Below are positions 28,701 through 37,952 of a DNA stretch of 53,073 bases, one piece after another. A program made the position numbers and the translations under genes. Each line of letters begins with the position of its first letter. Positions within the stretch are counted from its first letter, which is position 1. The notes under the pieces are model-generated. The model saw only the letters and a list, made by a program, of their open reading frames with translations. It made no database searches and was not told where the DNA came from. Where the stretch lies: the NCBI GenBank assembly GCA_965372715.1, contig CBDVDH010000021.1:1-53073 (forward strand), in the 5' to 3' direction. This DNA is from an uncultured bacterium (lineage in GTDB: Bacteria; B130-G9).

Positions 28701-30564
28701 AGAAAGCGCTGATGTTGCGGATGACCTGAAGCGACCTGACACTCTTCTCATCGAACTGAGAGCTATGCGTGAGGTTTATCCCAATGATCCCGGAATCCAA
28801 GTTGCACACGCCAAGGCCCTGTTCAACGCAATCGCTGATGTAGAAGATGACCCGGAGCAAGCCGACGCTCTGCTCGATGAACTGAGAGCATTGCAGGAAA
28901 CGCACGCCGATAATTCCGCCATCCGAGAACAACTAGCCAAGGCCCTGTTCAACGCAATCGCTGATGCAAAGGACGATCCGGAGCAAGCCGACGCTCTGCT
29001 CGATGAACTAAGAACTCTCCAGAAGGTCTATCCTGATGATCCCGCCGTCCGAGAACAACTAGCCATGGGCTTGGTTAACGCGATTGTTTATGCAAAGGAT
29101 GATCCGGAGCAAGCCGACGCTCTGCTCGATGAACTAAGAACTCTCCAAAGGCTACACCCTGATGATGCAACCGTCGAAGAGGCACACGCTAGGGGCTTAT
29201 TAAACGCATCCAGAATCATGAAGGGTGCACCGCGACAAGTCGATGCTTTGCTCGATGAACTAGAAGCTCTCCAAAGGCTACATCCTGATGACGCCGACGG
29301 CCGAGAACAACTAGCCAAGGCCCTTTTCAACGCAATCGCCGACGCGGAGGATAACCCGGAACGAGTCGATGCTCTGCTCGATAAACTAAGAGCTCTCCAA
29401 GGGCTACATCCTGATGACGCCGACGTTCGGGACAATCTCGCCAAGAGCTTGGTCAATGCATGCAACATTGTGAAAGGCGATCGGAAACGATCCAATGGTC
29501 TACTCGATGAACTAAGAGCTCTCCGAGAAACGCACGCCGATGATCCCACCATCCGAGAACAACTAGCCACGGGCTTGGTTAACGCGATTGCCTATGCGAA
29601 GGACCACTCGCGACAAGTCGATGCTCTGCTCGAAGAATTAGAGGCTCTGCAAAGAACGCACGCCGCCGATCCCGCCGTTCGAGAGAAACTGACCTGGGGC
29701 TTGGCCAACGCATTTGTCATGGCCGACCCGGCACGCACAGACGCTGTGATTGATAAACTAAAGGATCTCCACAAGATCCATCCGGATGATCCCGTCATCC
29801 TGGGGAAGCTCGCAAAGTGTATGGTCGGCGTAATCCTCGGCGCCAGGGATGATGCGGAGAGAGTCGGTGTTTCACTTGCTGAACTAAGAGCTCTCCAAAG
29901 GGCGCATCCTGATGATCCCGCTATCCGAGAGAATCTCGGTAACGGGTTGTTAATCGCAATCAGTAGCGTCAAGGATGACATAAGACAAGCCGATTCTCTA
30001 CTCGATGAACTTAGAGCCCTACATAGGACTCATCCTGACGACGCCGGCTTCCATAAGGCGTTCGCCATAGTCATATTCAATGCCATAAATCGCGCCAAGG
30101 ATAGTCCGAAACGGGTAGATGATCTCCTGCAGGAACTCAGAGTCCTGCAAAGAGACCATCCTGATGAGTCTTTTCTTCGAGAGCGACTTGCCAGTGGTCT
30201 CGCTAACGCAATCGGCTACGCAATCGGCTACGCAATGGATGATCCGAAGCGGGTAGATGATCTCCTGGCAGAACTCAGGGGCTTGCATATGACCTATTCT
30301 CGTGATCCTGTTCTCCGAGAGCGACTTGCGCGTGGCCTTGTCAACGCAATCGGCTACGCAATGGATGATCCGAAGCGGGCAGATGATCTCCTGCAGGAGC
30401 TCAAGGTCCTGCACAAAACCCATCCTGGAGATCCTGTTCTCCGAGAGCGACTCTCCAGCGGCTTGGTCAACGCAATGATCAACTCAGAGAATGATTCCGA
30501 GAGAGTGAAGGTCCTTCAGAAGGAACTTGACAAATTGAATGTTAATCATAGCGAGGATGAATGA
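25705..30564 (+). CDS. STAND-like/AAA P-loop ATPase with ~25 helical 42-aa TPR-like repeats
   Basis: FFGRQREIEEL, Walker A GRPRIGKS, Walker B-like VLVLNQWE, GNP motif; repeat consensus VDALLDELRALQxTHPDDPAIRExLAxGLVNAIAxAKDDPKR. Confidence 0.8.
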   Translation: MTEKREYKRPPFFGRQREIEELRRRVLKPGLTVVQGRPRIGKSRLLEEFVKLLRAESKRERREEKRIPVGWLEQPGHEGDSLLRAVADAYDHWLKTASARKQLRLLWKRNKDSAVLRAGTAIGKIIGEGVAGADKVVPGAKSAGSIIKGVFGGLRQLGDELRTGGLQIEPLQADEAKSLLWFIAENRKHPVVLVLNQWEDSLFLNYDFTTLSTFLRNPHDWPLVHVLLHLRCPLKPQNVNQDAVDKARDLASYPSAETIKIEPITFAEDETTREEMLAWLRECFPGTEGIDIDELLSEVIAGNPAVLDEWLYLDEDGRADPTILRAKAKDAHHNLYPEIERILLRLVPEPGGRGERCSEILATALRLAIIPPLGSDEVWSAVKGAVLGDLDEDALTSFQSWDYLRPSPEGLPSFGHPTRHETAQHLAQTNDKLRPHAKRALETLAEDLADSIDLTAGLASKDSDSLYRYALLSLLQSPLALLRGKLVNQHLAAAAAAVLGRPWPDSLPMSVKNADFASFSSSGSQILATGLATAVHLSGDNRKSGDALLDELRALQKMHADNPAFREKLAQGLVNAIINAKEDPDPKRVDALLEELRALQKTHADDPAIREKLTWGLVNAIANAKEDPDPKRVDALLEELRALQKTHADDPAIREELTKGLVNAVAKAGDDQRRIGALIGELRALYRTHPDDPKVRENLGNGLSNAISNARDDPKRVDALLEELRALRMTNPDDSLIRERLAQNLLIAIANAENDPKRADTLLDELRGLHEIYPGDTTVREELAKDLVIAIALSQGNGMRTNALLDELRGLHEIYPDNPAVQKEFAQGLVIAFAFSRENGMRTDVLFDELRGLPRIRFDNLEVQKALINGLFNAIADAKDDSGQVDALLDELRAIHEIYRDDQDFLRAITNGLSNAIAHASDDRKRVDSLLDELKAIQRIHPDDPDVRKELIKGVFNAIASAKDDRKRANTLLDELRILRLTDPDHSLIREQLADGLFKESADVADDLKRPDTLLIELRAMREVYPNDPGIQVAHAKALFNAIADVEDDPEQADALLDELRALQETHADNSAIREQLAKALFNAIADAKDDPEQADALLDELRTLQKVYPDDPAVREQLAMGLVNAIVYAKDDPEQADALLDELRTLQRLHPDDATVEEAHARGLLNASRIMKGAPRQVDALLDELEALQRLHPDDADGREQLAKALFNAIADAEDNPERVDALLDKLRALQGLHPDDADVRDNLAKSLVNACNIVKGDRKRSNGLLDELRALRETHADDPTIREQLATGLVNAIAYAKDHSRQVDALLEELEALQRTHAADPAVREKLTWGLANAFVMADPARTDAVIDKLKDLHKIHPDDPVILGKLAKCMVGVILGARDDAERVGVSLAELRALQRAHPDDPAIRENLGNGLLIAISSVKDDIRQADSLLDELRALHRTHPDDAGFHKAFAIVIFNAINRAKDSPKRVDDLLQELRVLQRDHPDESFLRERLASGLANAIGYAIGYAMDDPKRVDDLLAELRGLHMTYSRDPVLRERLARGLVNAIGYAMDDPKRADDLLQELKVLHKTHPGDPVLRERLSSGLVNAMINSENDSERVKVLQKELDKLNVNHSEDE
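27340..30530 (+). repeat. intragenic tandem repeat array, 126-bp (sometimes 132-bp) unit
   Basis: near-identical DNA units, e.g. 27439 vs 27571 (132-nt period); 12-nt duplication (AIGYAIGY) near 30206-30235. Confidence 0.9.
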
Positions 30565-30877
30565 CCTATCACCTATAGAAGCCTGCAGATATGCACGAGT
30601 GAGAATGACAATCGGTTCTGCCCTCAATTGTTATGTCGTCCCCATAAGCCTCTGCTCTCTTCCTTCGCGGCCTCCTGGGCATCGAGCAGGCGCCTGCGGT
30701 AGCGGGGGTCGAGGCCGAAGTTCTCGTAAACGCGGGCGTGGCCGGAGCGCACAAGAGCCTCTTGTGCGAGTTCGAAGTTCGAAGTTTCAAGTTGGTTGAT
30801 GCCGACTCGTCCGCCATAGCGTCAGCTACGGCAGATTCTCCCATATCCCCGTCACGAGAAGACTCATCTACGCGGAC

Positions 30878-30907
30878 TTGACCGCAAATCGGATGCGTGT
30901 GTATATT
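30878..30907 (+). promoter_or_regulatory. probable sigma70 promoter of guaB operon
   Basis: TTGACC-18 nt-TATATT. Confidence 0.45.
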
Positions 30908-30974
30908 TCGATATGGGTTGCACCGCTCGCAACGATGAGGCGCGAGGGTGGGCGATAATGACGAGGGCAGTGCC

Positions 30975-32447
30975 ATGGAGTTCCAGGACAAGTTCGGCAA
31001 GGAAGGTCTAACCTTCGACGATGTGCTGTTGGTTCCCGCTCGTTCGGAGATACTGCCGCACGAGGCGGACACACGCACAATTCTCACCAAGAGTATAACC
31101 CTCAACATCCCGATTGTGAGCGCCGCGATGGACACGGTAACGGAGAGCAGGCTTGCGATAGCGCTTGCGCGTGAGGGCGGTCTTGGGGTCATTCATCGTA
31201 ACATGAGCATCAAATCTCAAGCATGGGAGGTGGATAAGGTCAAGCGCTCGGAGAGCGTCGTCGTCATGGACCCGGTAACGATCGGGGTTGACGAGCCAGT
31301 CAGCAAGGCCAAGAGGATGGTTCGCAAGCATGACGTTTCGGGCTTTCCGGTTGTAGATTCTTCGGGCAAGTTGGTCGGGCTTCTGACGCACAGGGACCTG
31401 AGATTCGAGCCTGATACGTCCAGGAAAGTAGGGGAGCTGATGACGCCACTTGAAAAGCTCGTAACGGTTCCGCCCGATACTCCCACGGAGAAGGCAAAGG
31501 CGCTGCTTCACGAGAACAGGATAGAGAAGCTGCCCGTCGTTGATGAGAGCGGCGCATTGGTTGGCCTAATGACTTTCAAGGACATCGAGAAGTCGATGTT
31601 CTATCCAAAGGCTTGCAAGGACGAGCTCGGGCGGCTCAGAGTTGGCGCGGCAGTTGGCGTCTCGCAGGATACTCCGGACCGGGTCGATGCGCTGATTGGT
31701 GCGGGTGTTGATGTAGTGGTGGTCGATACGGCCAATGGCTTCTCGAAGGTCGTGTTGAGCATGGTCGAGCGGCTCAGGTCCGAGCATCCTGAAACGGCGC
31801 TTCTGGCTGGCAATGTCGTAACGCCAGGGGGCGTTGAGGCGCTTTGTGGGTCGGGCGCAGACGCGGTGAAGGTCGGAATTGGCCCGTCGGCGATCTGCAC
31901 TACGCGTGTCGTCGCGGGCGTTGGTGTTCCGCAGTTGACGGCCATTTTCGAGTGCGCGAAGGCTGCCGAGAAGTGTGGCATTCCGCTAATTGCGGACGGC
32001 GGCGTCAAATACTCCGGGGACATAACCAAGGCGATCGGAGCGGGCGCCGACTGCGTCATGATAGGCAACCTGTTCGCCGGGACCGAGGAGACGCCGGGCG
32101 AGATCGTTCTTTATGAAGGCAGAAGCTACAAGGCCTATCGCGGGATGGGCTCGCTGAGCGCAATGAAGGCTGGCGGCAGAGACCGCTATTTCTACCAGGA
32201 GGACGCGGAGGAGAAGATGGTCCCTCAAGGCATAGAGGGCATGGTTCCCTACAAAGGCTCCGTCTCCTCGCTCGTCTGCCAGCTGATTGGCGGGCTTACG
32301 GCCGGGATGGGCTACCTCGGGACACGCACTATCGATGACCTCAAGAAGAAAGCACGATTCATCCGCGTAACCGCCTCGGGCCTCAGGGAAAGCCATCCGT
32401 ACGGCGTGATGATCACGAGGGAGGCCCCCAATTATCAAGCTAGATAA
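30975..32447 (+). CDS. guaB: IMP dehydrogenase (with CBS pair)
   Basis: LTFDDVLLVP, SAAMDTVTE, GGLGVIHRN, ICTTRVVAGVGVPQ, IADGG, YRGMGS, flap RY. Confidence 0.93.
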   Translation: MEFQDKFGKEGLTFDDVLLVPARSEILPHEADTRTILTKSITLNIPIVSAAMDTVTESRLAIALAREGGLGVIHRNMSIKSQAWEVDKVKRSESVVVMDPVTIGVDEPVSKAKRMVRKHDVSGFPVVDSSGKLVGLLTHRDLRFEPDTSRKVGELMTPLEKLVTVPPDTPTEKAKALLHENRIEKLPVVDESGALVGLMTFKDIEKSMFYPKACKDELGRLRVGAAVGVSQDTPDRVDALIGAGVDVVVVDTANGFSKVVLSMVERLRSEHPETALLAGNVVTPGGVEALCGSGADAVKVGIGPSAICTTRVVAGVGVPQLTAIFECAKAAEKCGIPLIADGGVKYSGDITKAIGAGADCVMIGNLFAGTEETPGEIVLYEGRSYKAYRGMGSLSAMKAGGRDRYFYQEDAEEKMVPQGIEGMVPYKGSVSSLVCQLIGGLTAGMGYLGTRTIDDLKKKARFIRVTASGLRESHPYGVMITREAPNYQAR

Positions 32448-32501
32448 GTTCCAAGTTCCGAGTTCCAAGTCTGAAATCGAATACGTGGGAATGGTAATTG
32501 G

Positions 32502-33368
32502 ATGACGCGGCTGTCGTTTGTGAAGATGCACGGGTTGGGCAACGATTATGTGCTGTTTGACGCGGCCGAGAACGAGCTCGATGGTATTGACTTTGCCGAG
32601 CTCGCCCGAAAGGTGTGCCAGCGGCGGCTCAGCATCGGCGCAGACGGGATTATCGTGCTTCAGCCGGGCGGCTCTAATGCCGATTTCACGATGAGAGTTT
32701 TCAACCCCGACGGTTCGGAGACAGGCTCATGCGGAACAGCCTTCAGGTGCGTTGCGAGACATGCTTATGAGCGTAAGGGATTCAAGGATGTGGCGCCAGA
32801 TGGTGTCAGGATAGCGACGTTTGCAAGGAGCGTGCTCGCGAAGGTTGCTCAGGACGCAAGCGGCAAGCTCCTAGTGGAGGCGAGGATGGGCAAGGCGCTC
32901 TTCAAGCGAGGTGAGATACCAGTTACGGGGGACCCGAACGACGAGTTCCTCGAACAGCCGATGGAGGTTGCCGACGAGAAGCTGACTGTCTCGGCGGCCT
33001 CGGTTGGCAACCCTCATGCAGTGGTGTTCTGCGACGATGCGTCGAAGGCTCCTATCGAGAGACTGGGGCCGGCGATCGAGACGCATCCTGTGTTTCCGGA
33101 GCGGACGAATGTTCATTTCGTCGAGGTTGTGTCCGGGCAAGAACTCAAGGTCCGAAGTTGGGAGCGCGGCACTGGACCGACCTTGTCTTGCGGGACTGGC
33201 GCTTCGGCCGCCGTTGCCATAGCAGAGCGTTTGGGGAAGGTGGCGCCTTCCGTTCGCGTTTGGATGCCTGGCGGCGCGCTTCAAATCGGTATTGAGAACG
33301 ACGGTGAGATAGTCATGCGGGCCCAGGCCGAGCCTGTATTCAGCGGATGGGTGGACTATGAGGCTTAA
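32502..33368 (+). CDS. dapF: diaminopimelate epimerase
   Basis: KMHGLGNDY, IGADG, NPDGSE..CG..RC, VGNPH, FPERTNV, WERGTGPTLSCGTG. Confidence 0.9.
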   Translation: MTRLSFVKMHGLGNDYVLFDAAENELDGIDFAELARKVCQRRLSIGADGIIVLQPGGSNADFTMRVFNPDGSETGSCGTAFRCVARHAYERKGFKDVAPDGVRIATFARSVLAKVAQDASGKLLVEARMGKALFKRGEIPVTGDPNDEFLEQPMEVADEKLTVSAASVGNPHAVVFCDDASKAPIERLGPAIETHPVFPERTNVHFVEVVSGQELKVRSWERGTGPTLSCGTGASAAVAIAERLGKVAPSVRVWMPGGALQIGIENDGEIVMRAQAEPVFSGWVDYEA

Positions 33369-33642
33369 GAGAGAGCAGGCGCAGTTTGTGGCGCGTCGGA
33401 TTCTCGATGACCTCCTCAAAGAAAAACTGATCGAAGTGGATAGGTCCGATCTTGAGATGCTTCGCGTGATGGTCGATGAGTTTTTGCTTGAGCAGCTGCT
33501 CATAGAGGACAAGCTGAACGAGGAGGCCCGGAAGCTGCTCGACCAATATCGGGACAAGATGCGACAAGAGAACATCAACTACCAAGACATGTTTAAGATG
33601 ATAAAGAGGCGCCTCATCGAGGAGCGCAACCTAGTTATCTGA
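33358..33642 (+). CDS. DUF507 family protein
   Basis: MRLKREQ...EDKLNEEARKLL...MFKMIKRRLIEERNLVI. Confidence 0.75.
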   Translation: MRLKREQAQFVARRILDDLLKEKLIEVDRSDLEMLRVMVDEFLLEQLLIEDKLNEEARKLLDQYRDKMRQENINYQDMFKMIKRRLIEERNLVI

Positions 33643-33674
33643 CATACTCATCGGGAGTCAGGAAATAAGAGACG

Positions 33675-33980
33675 ATGCGACTGAACGACGATAAGATAAG
33701 CGACATCACATTCAAGATGACTTTGCAGCTGGAGAAGGACGAGCGAGCGAAGTTCCTGACGTCGGCGAATGTCATCCGAGCCTGCATCAAACGGACGATC
33801 ACCTCCGAGCTTCAGCTCGAGGACGAGGTCGTTCAGATTGTGCTTGATCGGCTTGAGGGGATGAAGTCGGTCAAGCGCGATTCGCTCAAGTGGGAAGGCC
33901 ACTTCGAGCGGCTCTACGTTCAGGAGATGGCCAAGCGGGGCCGGCGTTGGGACATAAGCGTTCGGGACGTTTTTCGGTAG
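33675..33980 (+). CDS. DUF507 family protein (second paralog)
   Basis: MRLNDDKISDI...EDEV...SLKWE...LYVQEMAKR. Confidence 0.7.
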   Translation: MRLNDDKISDITFKMTLQLEKDERAKFLTSANVIRACIKRTITSELQLEDEVVQIVLDRLEGMKSVKRDSLKWEGHFERLYVQEMAKRGRRWDISVRDVFR

Positions 33981-34011
33981 CGGAATCACGGCCACCCAAG
34001 GAGATACGGCA

Positions 34012-37000
34012 ATGCGCAGCGATTTGAGGCGCCACGATGCGCGCGGTCTTCTTCTGTTGCTGGCAGCGACCTTTGCTATCGGTCATTGCCTCGTGCTTTG
34101 TGGGGCAGTCGCCGCCGAGCGCGCCTCAGATGGCCTGGTTGTTTCGCCGCTTGAGTGCTCACCGGACCTCGACAGCATTCGCTTCGATTTCTGTTTGACC
34201 GAGTATTGCGTGAACAGAACCCTCGAACGCTCTGACGGCACGCTCGTCTCTGTGCCCGGGCTGCGCAACATCATGGAAAGCGGCAAGCCTTCGCTGCCGG
34301 TGGAGGGCTTCTACGTCGGCATTCCCGCGGACGTATCGTCCGCCAGAGTCAGGATCCTTTCCGAGAGCTACGTCATCGAGTGCGACTGTAACGTTCTCCC
34401 ATGGCGCGAGCCCGGGACGGAGAGAGGGGATCTGCTGGACGAGAATGTCTATGAGCGCCCTGGTCTGTTTCCGGAGAGCTCGGTCAAGGTCAGCCGCATC
34501 GGCTTCATAAGGAGCCAGAAGGTCGCGCTATTGAGCATATTCCCCGTTCAGTTCGACCCCAAAGAGGAGCTTTTGCGCATCATTACCTCGGCGTCCGTAG
34601 AGATAGAGTTTGTGCGGGACGATTCCACGTTGCCGGTTGACGCCAGGATTGGCTTTCGCGATGAGTCCCGCTTCGAGCCGATGCTTGCGCGCCTTCTGAC
34701 CAACTACGAGCAGGCGAAGTTCTACCGCCTCGTCTCGCGACGTGGTTCAGTGCAAGAGGTCGATGATGAGGAATACTGGTACGATCCCGAGACGACGTAT
34801 CTGAAGGTGTCCACCTTCGAGGACGGCGTGTATAAGGTCGATTACGACTTCCTGCAATCGCACGGCGTTGACCCGTCTGTCATCGATACCGAGAACCTGA
34901 AGCTCTACTATCGGGGCGAGATGGCGCCGATTGTGCTGTTTGACGGCGGGGACGGCGCCTTCGATGAAGGCGATTTTTTTGCGTTCGTTGGCGGCAGGAA
35001 GCGCAGCGAGCAGGTTGGATGGGCATTGGACGAATACACGGACGAGGCAGTGTGGTGGCTGTGCTGGGACGATGGCGAGGGAATGCGATATCAGGCTGTT
35101 TCTCAGGACGTTGAGGGCCCGTTGCTGGTGCTCGATGCCGACACTTTCTTTTGGGCAAAGGAGCACTTCGAGCAAGACGTCCTCTACGACGGCTGGAACG
35201 ACGACATTGACCAGGACAGCTGGTTTTGGGAGACGATCTGGAATGCGCCTGACTATGCTGCCGTCAGCTTCACGCTTCATGCGTTTGACGAGGCGGTAAC
35301 GAGCGCCGCAACCGTGTCGGTCAGACTAAAGGGCAAGTCCAGTGTGGTGTTGGTCAATCCCGACCACCACTCGGTTTTTTACGTGAATGATAATGACACA
35401 CCTTTGGCCGATTATTTCTGGGATGGATATGAATTCGAGACGATGCCTTTTCAGGTGCCGGCGGGCAACTTCGTGGATGGCCGCAACAGGATCACTGTGG
35501 TTAGTCCGGGAGATACCGAGGCGATCGTTGATTCAGTTTACATCAACTGGGTGGAGGTTGAGTATCCGCGGCGCTATCAAGCCATTCGAGGTGAGGCGTG
35601 GTTTGTGCCGCCTCCGGGCTCTGACGACCGCCCGGTCCAGTATCGCCTGGAGAGCTTCGGCCAGAGCGACGTGCTGATACTGGACCTGGCCACCGCGAGG
35701 TCCTTCCCTGAGTATTCCCATTCAAACGAGGGCGGGCAATGGGTGCTGCGATTTGTCGATCCCGAGCCGTCCGAGCGATCGCTGTATTGGGCTGCAAGGG
35801 AAAGCGCATTCCTGACGCTGCCGGACGCCGTGCTTGACGAACCGTCAACGCTGCGCGGCACGTCGAATCAAGCAGATATGATAATCATTACGGTTCCGGA
35901 GTTCTTCGCGCCTCTTGAGCAGCTCGTTGAGTTTAGGAATGCGCAGGGCGTCAACGTGAAGGTTGTTGACGTTCAGGACATCTTCGACGAGTTCAGTTAC
36001 GGCATATTCGACCCGCTCGCGATGCGGTCGTTTCTGTGGTTCGCGTTTAACAGCTGGGCTGAGCCGGTCGCCACGCACGTCTTGCTCGTTGGCGACGCAT
36101 CGTGGGACTACAGGTTCCTAGATCCCGATAGTGTCATACCCAACTACGTGCCCTCATACCTCGACCCGGCGCGGGACGACAAGTTCGTCAACGTGACCGG
36201 AGAAGAGTCCGATTGGTATCCCGATTTTGCCGTAGGCCGGATGCCTGTGCAGGACGCCGGGGAACTCACCAAGATGATCGTCAACGTGATCCGCTACGAG
36301 GCTGCCCCGCCGCCAGGGGATTGGACGAGGCGCGCTCTCTTGGTAACTGGCGGCTTCACCTGGCCTGAACAGGAGACTTTCATAGAGCAGGCCCGGGACT
36401 TTGAGGCCCAGATGCCGGACAATTTCGAGTTCGCGGAGGTTTTCAAAGAGACCGAGGGGTGGGACGACAAGGATTACTACGCCCAGAGGATACTCGATGA
36501 ACTGACACGCGGGGCCTTGCTCACGATTTTCATGGGCCACGGGGCCAGGAACCTGTGGGATTTCATGCTCGAGAGCTCCGACCTTTTTGGCCTCAACTGC
36601 GAGGGGAAGATGTCGATGGTGGTCAGCATGACGTGCCATACGGGCCGTTACGCCAATCCCAAGACGCCGTGCATCGGTGAACGGTTCATCCTGGAAGGGG
36701 ACGCCTTGAGCCGCTCTGTGGCCTATTGGGGCTCGACCGGGCTGACGACGGTCTGGAATTCTTATTTCCTCACGACATACCTGCTGGAGGAGATATTCGA
36801 AGGCGGCAGCACCGACATGGGTCTTGCGATCATGGCGGCAAAGCTAAAGTTCTACGAGGAGTCCCAGGACGTTACGCTCGCCTCGAGCCAGACTTGGCTT
36901 TCGGACCCAATGCTCAGGATAAATGTGCCGCCGGCGCCCTCGCCGAGCGACGTTGCGGCCGTTGTGGAAGGCGATGCGGTTACGATTTCTTGGGAGTATC

Positions 37001-37950
37001 CGGCTTCGGTCGAGGAGCTGGCCGGATTCGAGCTCTGCGCATTTGAGCGACAGGAACCTCATTCGGCGCCGCTGAGCCCGTGTGATGACGGCTACACGTT
37101 CTGGGTTCCCCCAGAGGAGCGGGAGATAACGTTATTCAGCGGCGGAGCTTCGCTCGAATACTGCGCGGTTGTTCGAGCGGTCTTAAACGAAGGCAGCAAG
37201 AGCCACGTGTCCGAAAAGGCATGCTTCAGGTTTGGTGTTTCAGGCTCCCGAGGGCCGTCCATCATCGGGGCTGGCTATGCGGACACGCACATTACGAACG
37301 AGCACGGCGGCCGCCTAAACCTCTACGCGATGGTTCAGGACCCCGACGGGCTGGATGACGTCGAACGCGTCGAGATATACTACAACGGCGTCGCCACAGG
37401 CCTCGTCCTTGAAGAGGTCTTGCCTGGCGTCTTCCATACCGGAATTGACGTCGGACCAGGTCTTGCGCCCGGACAATACTTGCTGGAGCTCCGCGCGTCC
37501 GACCGCATGGGCAATACGAGCTCCTACTTCCCCTATTTCGCGGTTCGGGGCTGGGGCCTGCCGTGGCCGGACTATTCAGCGACGGGCGGGTCCTCAAACT
37601 GGGAGTTTGATGTTTCGCAAGGCGACGGGCCGGTTATTATCGCAGCGGGTTTCCTCACTGACGGCATAACCTCCTTTAGCGGGGGCGAGACAACGCTTCT
37701 TGCGCTTGTTGGTCCGGGAGCGTCAGGCGCACGCGTCTTGCGTGTTGATATCTTTCTTGACGGAGTCTTCATAGGCGCGCAGCTTTGTGATGATGGCCTG
37801 CACGGTGATTTCGCGGCGGGTGACGGGATATTTGGGTTGAAGGCGCCGATTATCCCCGGCTACGTTCCGGGCAATTACCTGTTTGGCCTGAAGCCGGTTG
37901 ACGAGAACGGCCAGTCGGGTGCAATGTGGCCATTCCTCAGCGTGTGGTGA
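34012..37950 (+). CDS. secreted C25 (gingipain-family) cysteine peptidase with PorU-like architecture and tandem C-terminal domain
   Basis: signal peptide; Propeptide_C25-like GKPSLPV; YLKVSTFEDGVYKVDY..L...G; VQDIFDEFSYG, LLVGDA, VGRMPV, FMGHG (His), SMTCHTG (Cys). Confidence 0.85.
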   Translation: MRSDLRRHDARGLLLLLAATFAIGHCLVLCGAVAAERASDGLVVSPLECSPDLDSIRFDFCLTEYCVNRTLERSDGTLVSVPGLRNIMESGKPSLPVEGFYVGIPADVSSARVRILSESYVIECDCNVLPWREPGTERGDLLDENVYERPGLFPESSVKVSRIGFIRSQKVALLSIFPVQFDPKEELLRIITSASVEIEFVRDDSTLPVDARIGFRDESRFEPMLARLLTNYEQAKFYRLVSRRGSVQEVDDEEYWYDPETTYLKVSTFEDGVYKVDYDFLQSHGVDPSVIDTENLKLYYRGEMAPIVLFDGGDGAFDEGDFFAFVGGRKRSEQVGWALDEYTDEAVWWLCWDDGEGMRYQAVSQDVEGPLLVLDADTFFWAKEHFEQDVLYDGWNDDIDQDSWFWETIWNAPDYAAVSFTLHAFDEAVTSAATVSVRLKGKSSVVLVNPDHHSVFYVNDNDTPLADYFWDGYEFETMPFQVPAGNFVDGRNRITVVSPGDTEAIVDSVYINWVEVEYPRRYQAIRGEAWFVPPPGSDDRPVQYRLESFGQSDVLILDLATARSFPEYSHSNEGGQWVLRFVDPEPSERSLYWAARESAFLTLPDAVLDEPSTLRGTSNQADMIIITVPEFFAPLEQLVEFRNAQGVNVKVVDVQDIFDEFSYGIFDPLAMRSFLWFAFNSWAEPVATHVLLVGDASWDYRFLDPDSVIPNYVPSYLDPARDDKFVNVTGEESDWYPDFAVGRMPVQDAGELTKMIVNVIRYEAAPPPGDWTRRALLVTGGFTWPEQETFIEQARDFEAQMPDNFEFAEVFKETEGWDDKDYYAQRILDELTRGALLTIFMGHGARNLWDFMLESSDLFGLNCEGKMSMVVSMTCHTGRYANPKTPCIGERFILEGDALSRSVAYWGSTGLTTVWNSYFLTTYLLEEIFEGGSTDMGLAIMAAKLKFYEESQDVTLASSQTWLSDPMLRINVPPAPSPSDVAAVVEGDAVTISWEYPASVEELAGFELCAFERQEPHSAPLSPCDDGYTFWVPPEEREITLFSGGASLEYCAVVRAVLNEGSKSHVSEKACFRFGVSGSRGPSIIGAGYADTHITNEHGGRLNLYAMVQDPDGLDDVERVEIYYNGVATGLVLEEVLPGVFHTGIDVGPGLAPGQYLLELRASDRMGNTSSYFPYFAVRGWGLPWPDYSATGGSSNWEFDVSQGDGPVIIAAGFLTDGITSFSGGETTLLALVGPGASGARVLRVDIFLDGVFIGAQLCDDGLHGDFAAGDGIFGLKAPIIPGYVPGNYLFGLKPVDENGQSGAMWPFLSVW

Positions 37951-37952
37951 TT

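Noticed and set aside
27340-30530. CRISPR-like regular repeats
   Set aside because: Units are 126-132 nt, in frame and coding, with no unique spacers and no cas genes
30569-31192. 207-aa minus-strand ORF and the many similar antisense ORFs (e.g. 8395-9246, 32871-33578, 40050-40796, 49777-50511)
   Set aside because: Shadows of well-supported genes in GC-rich DNA, with no motifs
30975-32447. GMP reductase instead of IMPDH
   Set aside because: Flap Arg-Tyr dyad is present and Gln replaces the Glu that GMP reductase requires
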